From the NCBI GenBank assembly GCA_964635815.1, contig CAZWQH010000001.1:1-50420 (forward strand): DNA of 50,420 nt. The letters run 5' to 3'. The DNA comes from an uncultured Sandaracinaceae bacterium (GTDB taxonomy: Bacteria > Myxococcota_A > Polyangia > Polyangiales > JADJQN01). The notes beneath the pieces are model-generated. The model ran no database searches. It was not told the DNA's origin and was given only the letters and a program-made list of their open reading frames with translations. This document shows positions 1 to 7,457 of this stretch, in pieces (position 1 is the stretch's first letter; each line of letters opens with the position of its first letter). The translations under genes and the position numbers were made by a program.

Positions 1-136
1 GGGACAGAGAAGAGAGCGCGAACGGGGTCCCACGCGCGCTCCTGGCACCCCGAGCCGCGCCCACAGCGCTCTCCGCGTGAGCGCCGTCCCAACGCTCGGC
101 GCGCTCGCGAACGCACAAACCCCTGCGAACTCAGCG

Positions 137-177
137 GGAAAAAGACGAAGCCCCCCAAGGCATGTACCTGGGGGGCT
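137..177 (-). terminator. Rho-independent terminator 3' of tRNA-Asn
   Basis: On the minus strand, AGCCCCCCA (177-169), an 11-nt loop and TGGGGGGCT (157-149) form a 9-bp GC-rich stem. It is followed directly by TCGTCTTTTTCC (148-137). The element lies about 45 nt downstream of the tRNA 3' end. Confidence 0.6.
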
Positions 178-220
178 CCGTTAACTGCTCCTCGCTGCGA
201 AGTTCGCAAGGAGGAAAAAA

Positions 221-295
221 TGGCTCCGGGAGCTGGGCTCGAACCAGCGACCAGCCGGTTAACAGCCGGCTGCTCTACCACTGAGCTATCCCGGA
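221..295 (-). tRNA. tRNA-Asn (anticodon GTT), CCA encoded
   Basis: The reverse complement of 221-295 folds as a cloverleaf. Acceptor stem TCCGGGA/TCCCGGA; D arm GCTC-AGTGGTA-GAGC; anticodon arm GCCGG-CTGTTAA-CCGGC (anticodon GTT); variable loop TGGTC; T arm GCTGG-TTCGAGC-CCAGC; discriminator G; terminal CCA. 75 nt. Confidence 0.95.
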
Positions 296-484
296 ATAGA
301 GGGCGGGAACCATCACGTGATGGGCCGCCGCTGTCAAGCCGATGTAGCGCCGCCAGCAGAAGAAAGTTTCAGCGCATCTCCGGCTAACCAATCAGGTCTT
401 CGCGAAATAGTCGCGGAGGAATCCGAGGCACACGCCGCTCAAGACAGGGCACGCTCAGTAGACCAAGGGTGCGCCGCGCCTCCC

Positions 485-904
485 TCAGTAGAAGTTCGCA
501 ACCGACGGAAACGCGACGACGACTACCAGACGCGTTCGCCGATCCACCTTCGTTCCTTCGCGGATTGCTTGATGTTGAACTTGCCACGGAATCATTTCAG
601 CGAGCATTCGAGGAGCGGGCTTTCCGTCGCTAGTTCGCGCATCGAGCGTGAGACCCAGGTGTCGGGTCATGCGATACGCGCCGGCAAGCGATTCTCCGGC
701 GAGGGCTGGAACGATCACGTGTAACGGAAAGTCCGTCGAATGGGGTTCGCGGTTTTCCGTCGCGCGCACGTCCACTGCCTCTGATGTGTGCGCCGCAGCC
801 CAAAGTCCCGCAACAGGGACCGCCGCGCTTCCGATCTGGCAGAGGATCATCAACCAGCCGGTCGAGCGGTTCGGCCAAACGAGACGTAACGAGTCGTACT
901 TCAT
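485..904 (-). CDS. hypothetical protein (139 aa)
   Basis: ATG-started ORF with fairly GC-rich third codon positions by hand count, in the otherwise unassigned 300-930 gap. I recognised no motif. The competing + strand ORFs (317-724, 648-971) look like Arg/Ser-rich shadow frames. Confidence 0.4.
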   Translation of the reverse strand: MKYDSLRLVWPNRSTGWLMILCQIGSAAVPVAGLWAAAHTSEAVDVRATENREPHSTDFPLHVIVPALAGESLAGAYRMTRHLGLTLDARTSDGKPAPRMLAEMIPWQVQHQAIREGTKVDRRTRLVVVVAFPSVANFY

Positions 905-929
905 TTCCGTTCCGTTTCCGCAGCCGCGC

Positions 930-1640
930 TCACGCTTTTGTTCTCAGCAGACTGTCGACCCACGGGAATAGGGACGCGTAGTTCGCAGTAGGCGCGCCTT
1001 CGTCATGGTGACGATGGTGGAAGCTAGGCAACGCGATCACTTTGCCAAGCTGCTCGAGCACGAGGTTCGAGCGCGGTCCGAAACCATCCCATCGCACGGT
1101 GGAGTGCACGAACACAGTGTGCGTGCGAATCAACGCGACGATGAAAGCGTGAGTCAGAAGCGGGACCCCAAGCAGCACGAGCGGCAAGTTCTGCGCGACC
1201 GTCATCAGCACAATCTCGACAGGGTGCTGGCGAAATGTGGCGAGCCAATCGACACGCTCCGACGAATGGTGCACACGGTGCATGCGCCACAACGCTTCGA
1301 CGCGATGCGCCGCGAGGTGATACGCGTATCCGCCCAGCTCAGTGACCATGAGGCCGAGCGCCAAGCTGCCGAGAGACAATCGAAAATGCGGACGCTCCGG
1401 AATCAGCTCGTCGAGCGCGTTCATCGCCAGGCCCAGGAGAATCACCACCGTCAACCGCGCGAGTCCAAAGCCGAGCGTGGCGTTGACCACGTCGGAAAAC
1501 ACTCGCGTGCGCTTGGGTCCCTCGTGCGTACCGAAGGTGCGCTCCAAGGGAACGAAACACACCGCGATCAGCAGAAAGTATCCGCTGGCACCCAAGACGA
1601 ACTCGAACGCTCGCGCGACGATGTAATCAATACCCGCCAC
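930..1640 (-). CDS. fatty acid hydroxylase / sterol desaturase family membrane protein
   Basis: Shows the histidine boxes of the family: HLAAH, HRVHHSSERVDW and FHHRHH. Several hydrophobic helices. GTG start preceded by GAGGAG. Confidence 0.85.
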   Translation of the reverse strand: MAGIDYIVARAFEFVLGASGYFLLIAVCFVPLERTFGTHEGPKRTRVFSDVVNATLGFGLARLTVVILLGLAMNALDELIPERPHFRLSLGSLALGLMVTELGGYAYHLAAHRVEALWRMHRVHHSSERVDWLATFRQHPVEIVLMTVAQNLPLVLLGVPLLTHAFIVALIRTHTVFVHSTVRWDGFGPRSNLVLEQLGKVIALPSFHHRHHDEGAPTANYASLFPWVDSLLRTKA

Positions 1641-1962
1641 TGCTCTCCTCGGTGAAGGAAAGCACCAAGTCGATCTCGGACCCGCGAGTCAGTTTGGATC
1701 CGGCCGAAGTTCGCTGCTCCGCAACGACGAACGTCCCGGCCAACCAGCGCTGGAATCGACGCCCTCGCGAATCCCGCTCGCGCAATTTGAGCCCCACTCT
1801 GCGTGCCTCGCGCCTGGCGCGCATGATCGTCATCCCCCGAAAATCGGGAACGAGAACCTCACCGTCCGCCAAGACAACTTGGGGCTCACTCGCCCGGCCT
1901 ACCATCGGCGGCGCGGCAAGCGCGCACCCAATCAAGACGAGACCAATCCGACTTCGGGACAT
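1627..1962 (-). CDS. secreted PASTA-domain-like protein
   Basis: Internal ATG at 1962 preceded by GGAGGT gives the signal peptide MSRSRIGLVLIGCALAAPPMVGRA. The remainder (VPDFRGMTIMRARREARRVGLKL...VVAEQRTSAGSKLTRGSEIDLVLS) matches the PASTA pattern. The stop overlaps the start of the hydroxylase gene by 14 nt. The longer ORF to 2157 would run into the divergent GNAT gene. Confidence 0.55.
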   Translation of the reverse strand: MSRSRIGLVLIGCALAAPPMVGRASEPQVVLADGEVLVPDFRGMTIMRARREARRVGLKLRERDSRGRRFQRWLAGTFVVAEQRTSAGSKLTRGSEIDLVLSFTEESSGGY

Positions 1963-2058
1963 GCGAACACCTCCGCGCGTGATGGTTGGGACGCTCGAGC
2001 CGTGAAATGGTTCCCATCGAACCGCGTTTTTCTGCGGCTCTGCGACTATGCTTCGGGC

Positions 2059-2505
2059 ATGTGGCGTAAAGCCGAACCGTCCGAGGACGACGCCATCGTC
2101 GAGATGTGCCTCGCGCTCTATGACGAGGATCCCGGTCAACCGATGAGCGAGTCGCAAATCCGCCGAACCCTCGCGGCCTTCCGTCGCGAACCTCTTCGAG
2201 GATGCGCTGTCGTCGCGATCGAGGATGGCACGGTCGTCGGATACGCCCTTCTTGTCTCGTTCTGGTCGAACGAGTACGGCGGTGAGATCTGCACGATCGA
2301 CGAGCTCTATGTGAAAGCGTCACATCGAGGACGCGGCATCAGCACCAGCCTCTTCGAAGTTGCGAATACCGATCGTTCACTCTGGCCGAACCCGCCGGTC
2401 GCGCTCGAGCTCGAAGTGACGCCTGACAACAAACGTGCCCGCACGCTCTACGAGCGGCTTGGGTTCTCAGCGCGCAACGTGACGTTGCGCAAGAGGTCTT
2501 CGTAG
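2059..2505 (+). CDS. GNAT family N-acetyltransferase
   Basis: Has the acetyl-CoA binding motif region LYVKASHRGRGISTSLF and the C-terminal ARTLYERLGF. Start taken at the ATG at 2059 (MWRKAEPSEDD); the upstream part of the ORF is an Arg-rich shadow frame. Confidence 0.8.
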   Translation: MWRKAEPSEDDAIVEMCLALYDEDPGQPMSESQIRRTLAAFRREPLRGCAVVAIEDGTVVGYALLVSFWSNEYGGEICTIDELYVKASHRGRGISTSLFEVANTDRSLWPNPPVALELEVTPDNKRARTLYERLGFSARNVTLRKRSS

Positions 2506-2554
2506 TTTTTGTCGTAGTAGTTCTCTCGCTGACCCGGCGGCGTTCCCGGAACGG

Positions 2555-2923
2555 CTATCGCGTGAAGAACGCCCGCTGAAGGAAGCGCAAACCCGCGACG
2601 ACCTGGTCGACGCGCGCCTCGGACAGCACGCCTATCCGCTCGCCGAGGCGGGTCTTCTGGACGGAAGAGACCTGAGACACCACGACGACGCTTTGCTTCG
2701 GCAGGTCTCCCTCGTCGGGCTCGAGGAGCACATTCCCGGGCTCGGTCGCCTTCGCAAGATTCGTCGTCAACGCGCATACGACGACCGTCGAGATCCGTGA
2801 GTGGTTGAAGACATCATCCTGCACTACGAGATGCGGGTGCGCGTAGCTCGGGGCTGGTCCGCGTGATTCATCCGGTGCGATCCAGAAGATGTCACCGCGG
2901 TGGATGGTGGGGGTGTCGCTCAT
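2555..2923 (-). CDS. type II toxin-antitoxin system PemK/MazF family toxin
   Basis: 122 aa with the family pattern RGDIFWI...HPHLVVQDDVFN...TVVVCALTTNL...PGNVLLEP.EGDLPKQSVVVVSQVSSVQKTRL...G.LS...VDQVVAGL. Confidence 0.8.
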   Translation of the reverse strand: MSDTPTIHRGDIFWIAPDESRGPAPSYAHPHLVVQDDVFNHSRISTVVVCALTTNLAKATEPGNVLLEPDEGDLPKQSVVVVSQVSSVQKTRLGERIGVLSEARVDQVVAGLRFLQRAFFTR

Positions 2924-3265
2924 GGGTTGCGGACGTCAACGTTCTTCGCCCGGATTCTTACATGACCCGGGCGCGCTCGTAGCCAGTCAGTTGCTCCGTC
3001 GTTCGAGATCACTCGGCGGAGACCATCGGAAGGCCGGCCAGAAGTTTCGTGAGCGCGTCTAAGTCCACTCGCCTGACCAGTTGGCAGTCGAAACCATTCA
3101 AGAGCGGCAAGCCGAGGTCCGAGCGGCTCAATCGGCGCCAGCCAACGACGGATCCGATCCACCGCCCGCTGTCCGAGTTGTTTCTCGAGGAGACAGGCGT
3201 CGAACGAAGCCTAGAACGCACCCTCGCAACGCACCAACCAAGATCGTTGGTGCTAGATAGACCCC

Positions 3266-3817
3266 ATGCTTGCTCTCGTAGGCTGCCGACCATCGCAGAA
3301 GTGTTTCTCGTTTGCCGCTTTGATCGCGGTGACTGCATGCGGATCATCTCCACCGGCCACGCACTCTGCGCATGCCGGCCATGCACATCACGCTACGTCG
3401 AACGATGACGCAGAGCTTCGCGCAGTTGCCGCAATCCACGGAGGGGCAGGCCCCTGGGCGGTCGCAGGATACAGAATGGGCCGCCACGCACTCACGGCGC
3501 TCGGGCTCGAATCAGGAAGCTTCGATCTCGAAGTCACGCACTACACACCGCGGCAGGTGCAGTACTCGTGCATCGCGGATGGAGCGGCTGCGGCGACGGG
3601 CGCGAGCATGGGGAAGCTCAACCTCGCGCTCACAGAAGCGCCGCTGGCAGATCTGAGAACGGTCTACTCGCGCAAGTCGACCGGACAAACTCTCACGCTC
3701 CGGGTCACCACCGCGTTCGCAGCCCGGTTCGGCGACATACCTCCCGAGCAACTCGCCGACGCGGGCCGCGAAGTCCTTCATCTGCGAGATGAGGAAATCT
3801 TCGAGCGCGTCCCGTAG
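3266..3817 (+). CDS. FmdE/FwdE-domain lipoprotein with His-rich N-terminal stretch
   Basis: Lipobox ALIAVTAC. Then THSAHAGHAHHA, followed by FmdE-family motifs IHGGAGPWAVAGYRMG and YSCIADGAAAATGASMGK. Confidence 0.7.
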   Translation: MLALVGCRPSQKCFSFAALIAVTACGSSPPATHSAHAGHAHHATSNDDAELRAVAAIHGGAGPWAVAGYRMGRHALTALGLESGSFDLEVTHYTPRQVQYSCIADGAAAATGASMGKLNLALTEAPLADLRTVYSRKSTGQTLTLRVTTAFAARFGDIPPEQLADAGREVLHLRDEEIFERVP

Positions 3818-3878
3818 CAGCGTTCACGGGAATCCAGCGAGTGTTGACGGTTCGCTCACCGACTGACAGAACGCGCGC

Positions 3879-5378
3879 GTGAAAGTAACCACCCAAGCCA
3901 GCGCCGTGCTCCTCGTTTTGCTCCAAAGCGTTGCCGTGTCCTCGGTGGCGTACGCGGACGGCAACGAAGCTCACGGCGAGGTGTTCCATCGCGCGGCCGT
4001 TGGGCTTGGTCTTACGTCGACGGGCGTCGGTCTCTCGGCACGTCGCGGCGGTGCCACGCCGCCGATGCCATTGACAGAAGGATCTCTCGTACTCTCTGCG
4101 ATTCCCTCCGGCGCGACTGTCGTTCAGGCATACCTCTATTGGGTCGTCTACGGCAGCGCGGGAGATGACTCCGTGAACTTCGGTATCACGCCGACTCCCG
4201 TCACAGGCTCGCTCATCGGGACCTCAGCGCACACTTGCTGGGACATCTTCGACACCACCGAGCTCAATCGGGCGTATCGAGCCGACGTAACCGAGCGCGT
4301 CACAGGAAACGGGACGTACCTCATGAGCGGCTTTCCTTCGGCCGACACAGTTGCCGACACACAGGGCGCATCGCTCGTGGTGATCTTCACCGATCCAGCA
4401 AGCACTACGATCGGGACCGTGGTTCTGAACGACGGAGCGATCACCGCCTCCGGAGGAACCCCCGCGAGCACGTTCGCCAATGTCGTGTCGACATCGTCTA
4501 CCCAGTCGGCGACGTTTCGCCTCGGCACCGGAGACGGACAAGGCGCGCTGAGTGACGGCACACTTCGCTTCTCGGGAAAGTTGCTTGCGCCACCGATGGG
4601 CGGTCACTTCGGCGGAACGGCGGGCCTCTACTGGGATGACCGCTCGTACGACGTGACCACGCTCATCGACCCGCTCGAAGCGAATATTCCGTGGGGTCGA
4701 ACCGGCGGCGCCGACTGCGTGGTGTTTGTGTACGCCGCACTCTCGGTCTCCTCCGTGTTCGTGGATGAGGACGGCGATGGAATCGAGAACGCGTTCGACA
4801 ACTGCCTCGGCCTGATCAATCCGGAGCAGGCGGACGCCGACTCGGACCGCGTCGGGGACCTTTGCGACAACTGCATCAATCGCGCGAACAGACTCCAAAA
4901 TGATCGCGACGGTGATCGAGTCGGCGACACGTGCGACAACTGCAACGAGCTGCCCAACTTCGATCAACTCAACTCCGACACGGACACGTGGGGGAATCTT
5001 TGCGACAACTGTCCGGACGTCGCTAACGCGTCCCAGATCGACTCGGACGGAGACGGGATCGGAGACCCATGCGAGGACCGCGATGGTGGCGTGGTTCGCC
5101 GCGATGCTATGGCCAGCGTGCCCGATGCAGCGATCCGGCCAGCGGATGCGAGCATGCCGGCGCGCGACAGCGCAGTTATTCCTGCCGCAGACGCGGCCTC
5201 CCCCTCTCTCGACGCGCTCTCAGGTGGTCCAACAAGCACGCCCGTACCTTCAGCGGGATGCGGATGTCGCGTCGTTCAAACGGCCGCACCCAACTCCACC
5301 ATGATTGTTGCGGCAGCGTGTATAGGGTTGCTCGCACTGATTCGCCCGCGCGCGCGCAGCGGACGACCCACACATTGA
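3879..5378 (+). CDS. exported thrombospondin type-3 repeat protein with MYXO-CTERM-type sorting tail
   Basis: Signal peptide MKVTTQASAVLLVLLQSVAVSSVAYA. Four to five Ca-binding TSP3 repeats at nt ~4762-5080 (DEDGDGIENAFDNC, DADSDRVGDLCDNC, DRDGDRVGDTCDNC, DTDTWGNLCDNC, DSDGDGIGDPCED). The C-terminus GCGCRVVQ...MIVAAACIGLLALIRPRARS has the Gly-Cys motif, hydrophobic helix and basic cluster. Confidence 0.8.
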   Translation: MKVTTQASAVLLVLLQSVAVSSVAYADGNEAHGEVFHRAAVGLGLTSTGVGLSARRGGATPPMPLTEGSLVLSAIPSGATVVQAYLYWVVYGSAGDDSVNFGITPTPVTGSLIGTSAHTCWDIFDTTELNRAYRADVTERVTGNGTYLMSGFPSADTVADTQGASLVVIFTDPASTTIGTVVLNDGAITASGGTPASTFANVVSTSSTQSATFRLGTGDGQGALSDGTLRFSGKLLAPPMGGHFGGTAGLYWDDRSYDVTTLIDPLEANIPWGRTGGADCVVFVYAALSVSSVFVDEDGDGIENAFDNCLGLINPEQADADSDRVGDLCDNCINRANRLQNDRDGDRVGDTCDNCNELPNFDQLNSDTDTWGNLCDNCPDVANASQIDSDGDGIGDPCEDRDGGVVRRDAMASVPDAAIRPADASMPARDSAVIPAADAASPSLDALSGGPTSTPVPSAGCGCRVVQTAAPNSTMIVAAACIGLLALIRPRARSGRPTH

Positions 5379-5394
5379 TCGAGGGCGACGAACG

Positions 5395-6732
5395 TCAGCG
5401 AATCACGATGCTGCCCCCGAGATCTGCGCTGCGTCGAAGGCGTCTATCCGCCGCGTTCGTGCGTACCGTGTCTGCCACGGTGAAGTACGCGGTGGCTTGC
5501 GCAGTTGGTGCGATCTGCGAAACGTCAAAGCAGAACGAGCCGCTGTCGTACGTCGGCTGAGTCGGAATCGTCGATGGATCGAAGCGCACGTTGACCAATC
5601 CTGTCTCAGTCAAGTCAAGACGTGCACCGCTCAGGCTCACGACTTCCGTCCGCACCGGCACACACTCTCGCGGCATCCGCCTCGTGTGCGACTCGGGACT
5701 CAAAGCGATCTGATCGCTGGAGCTTGGTGTCCAAACGACCGCACGATTGAGGGTGCACACATCACCTATGCAGCACCGCAAGTTGAGTCGTGCGCCGATC
5801 TGTGCATCTTCCGCCGCACACGCCATCCCCCGCGCGTACGTGAGTGCGCCGTCTGAGGTGCAGCGCACCCGCATTTCTTCTGCAGCGATCTGCTCAAACG
5901 CACCGACGCTCCCGCTCGACGTCTCCAGGTATGCGATGAACCCGTTGACAGGTACGCATGCGCCAGGCGCCAAGAACACCGGCAAGTCGGTCGTGATCAC
6001 CCTGGAGAGCACGAGTCCTTCAACTATTCTCGCAGCGACGGAGTCTTCATAGACGACGTCGCCAAACGTGTGGGTGACGCGAATCTCCGTTTGGCCATCC
6101 CGAATACCCGTCACGCAGAGCGCGCCTCGGTCCGAGACTTCGACTGTCGCGATCGTGGGATCCAAGGACACGGCGCGGAGCGAGTCGCGAATCGCATACG
6201 CGCGGCGATCCCCACTGAACATGACGACCAGCGCGCCACGACAACTCTCGCTCGTCCCAAAGGAGGCGGTTGCACCGAGACCAAACGAGAACTGCACTTG
6301 ATCACGCGCCTCCACGACAAGTGTCGCGCGAGTTGCGGAGACCGATGGAGACCCTTCGACTCGAAGCACGAGCGATACGCGGCCTTGCGACACGCCGGCT
6401 ACCAGCACGCCGGAGCACTCACGGGGCGAGACGGCGGTTGGTATCGCGATGGCGACGGACGTGTCCATGCTTTCGACCACGAGCCCTTCCGCTCGCCCTA
6501 CAGGGATGGAATCACCGTTCGCGAGGTTCGCGGTCGCCGTGATGCATTGGGCCAATCCGATCGGCACGGCGAACGAAGTACTGGATGGGAGCAGAACGGA
6601 GTCGGTCGAGAGCACTCTGCGGACGTCCGCGAGCCCCGCGCTCGCATCGCCACTCGGACCATCTACCTGGGAACGCGCACACGCCACGCAAGTCAGCAAC
6701 GCCCCCAAGAAAGCCAGACGGGAGGATTTCAT
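5395..6732 (-). CDS. hypothetical lipoprotein (beta-rich, Ig-like repeats plausible)
   Basis: The ATG at 6732 gives MKSSRLAFLGALLTCVAC, a lipobox. The rest is Ser/Thr/Val-rich and predicted beta-rich. No catalytic motif recognised. Confidence 0.6.
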   Translation of the reverse strand: MKSSRLAFLGALLTCVACARSQVDGPSGDASAGLADVRRVLSTDSVLLPSSTSFAVPIGLAQCITATANLANGDSIPVGRAEGLVVESMDTSVAIAIPTAVSPRECSGVLVAGVSQGRVSLVLRVEGSPSVSATRATLVVEARDQVQFSFGLGATASFGTSESCRGALVVMFSGDRRAYAIRDSLRAVSLDPTIATVEVSDRGALCVTGIRDGQTEIRVTHTFGDVVYEDSVAARIVEGLVLSRVITTDLPVFLAPGACVPVNGFIAYLETSSGSVGAFEQIAAEEMRVRCTSDGALTYARGMACAAEDAQIGARLNLRCCIGDVCTLNRAVVWTPSSSDQIALSPESHTRRMPRECVPVRTEVVSLSGARLDLTETGLVNVRFDPSTIPTQPTYDSGSFCFDVSQIAPTAQATAYFTVADTVRTNAADRRLRRSADLGGSIVIR

Positions 6733-6803
6733 CCAGCACGCTAATGGGCTCACACGCGGGCGAAAAGTGCTCTCACTCACGTGCGGGGACTATTAACGTC
6801 GGC

Positions 6804-7457
6804 CTAAGGTCTCTCGCTCTCCAGCGCTGCGCCGTAGTACGTCTCCATACACAGCTTGCAGAGCCCATGCGAAGTCAGCGGATCAGACCGCTTGAGGAGC
6901 GCAACACACATGACCCATGCGCGAGTGTGCGGGTCCCGGACACGACGACAACAACTGCACTGGACGATCAAGCCCGCCGGGTCGCGGAGTTCATCGACGG
7001 GGGTCTCTGTGACCGCGTACCGGTCTGCGAGCGCGCATACGATCCGAAGCTCGTTGTGCACCATGTAGCAGCTTCGCGAGCCGCTTTGCGATGCAACCTG
7101 CAGGTAAGAGATCCGAGTCGTCAGCTCTCGACACACCTCGGGTGTGTTGCACTCCGCCTGTATCCAGACGGAGAGGAGCTCCGGCCCCAGTGCGCGCGCG
7201 CGTACGAGAGCATCTGCAAAGTTCTCCTTCAGCTCGCCGAGGACAAAGTCAATGTAGGTGCGACCGATTAGTGCCTCTCGCCGACACAACGGCGCGCGAT
7301 CTCGCACGGCGTGATCCTCCCAAGCCTGGTTGAGGAACACGATCCGACCGGAGTCATCGAGTACAGCTATTGCATTGCTGTCGTCTTCTAGCTCTCTTCG
7401 GAAGTCCGGCGACAGTTGCACAGAATTTCTGTATCGCGAAGACGACGACGAAAGCAA
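6804..7457 (-). CDS. PAS-domain protein with C-terminal Cys/His-rich (zinc-ribbon-like) module
   Basis: The N-terminal half resembles PAS (NAIAVLDDSGRIVFLNQAWEDH...). The C-terminus is QCSCCRRVRDP...W...SHGLCKLCMETYY. Start is uncertain: TTG at 7457 or GTG at 7421. Either overlaps the 3' end of the upstream heparinase-like gene. Confidence 0.6.
   Translation of the reverse strand: MLSSSSSRYRNSVQLSPDFRRELEDDSNAIAVLDDSGRIVFLNQAWEDHAVRDRAPLCRREALIGRTYIDFVLGELKENFADALVRARALGPELLSVWIQAECNTPEVCRELTTRISYLQVASQSGSRSCYMVHNELRIVCALADRYAVTETPVDELRDPAGLIVQCSCCRRVRDPHTRAWVMCVALLKRSDPLTSHGLCKLCMETYYGAALESERP

Noticed and set aside
221-930. tRNA-Asn-linked genomic island or integration site
   Set aside because: I saw no integrase, no direct repeat of the tRNA 3' end and no compositional break. 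The 3' side of the tRNA (the usual attachment side) runs off the window edge.
317-971. + strand ORFs 317-724 and 648-971
   Set aside because: Their composition is Arg/Ser/Ala-rich with no start context or motifs. They compete with the somewhat better minus-strand ORF 485-904, which is itself only weakly supported.
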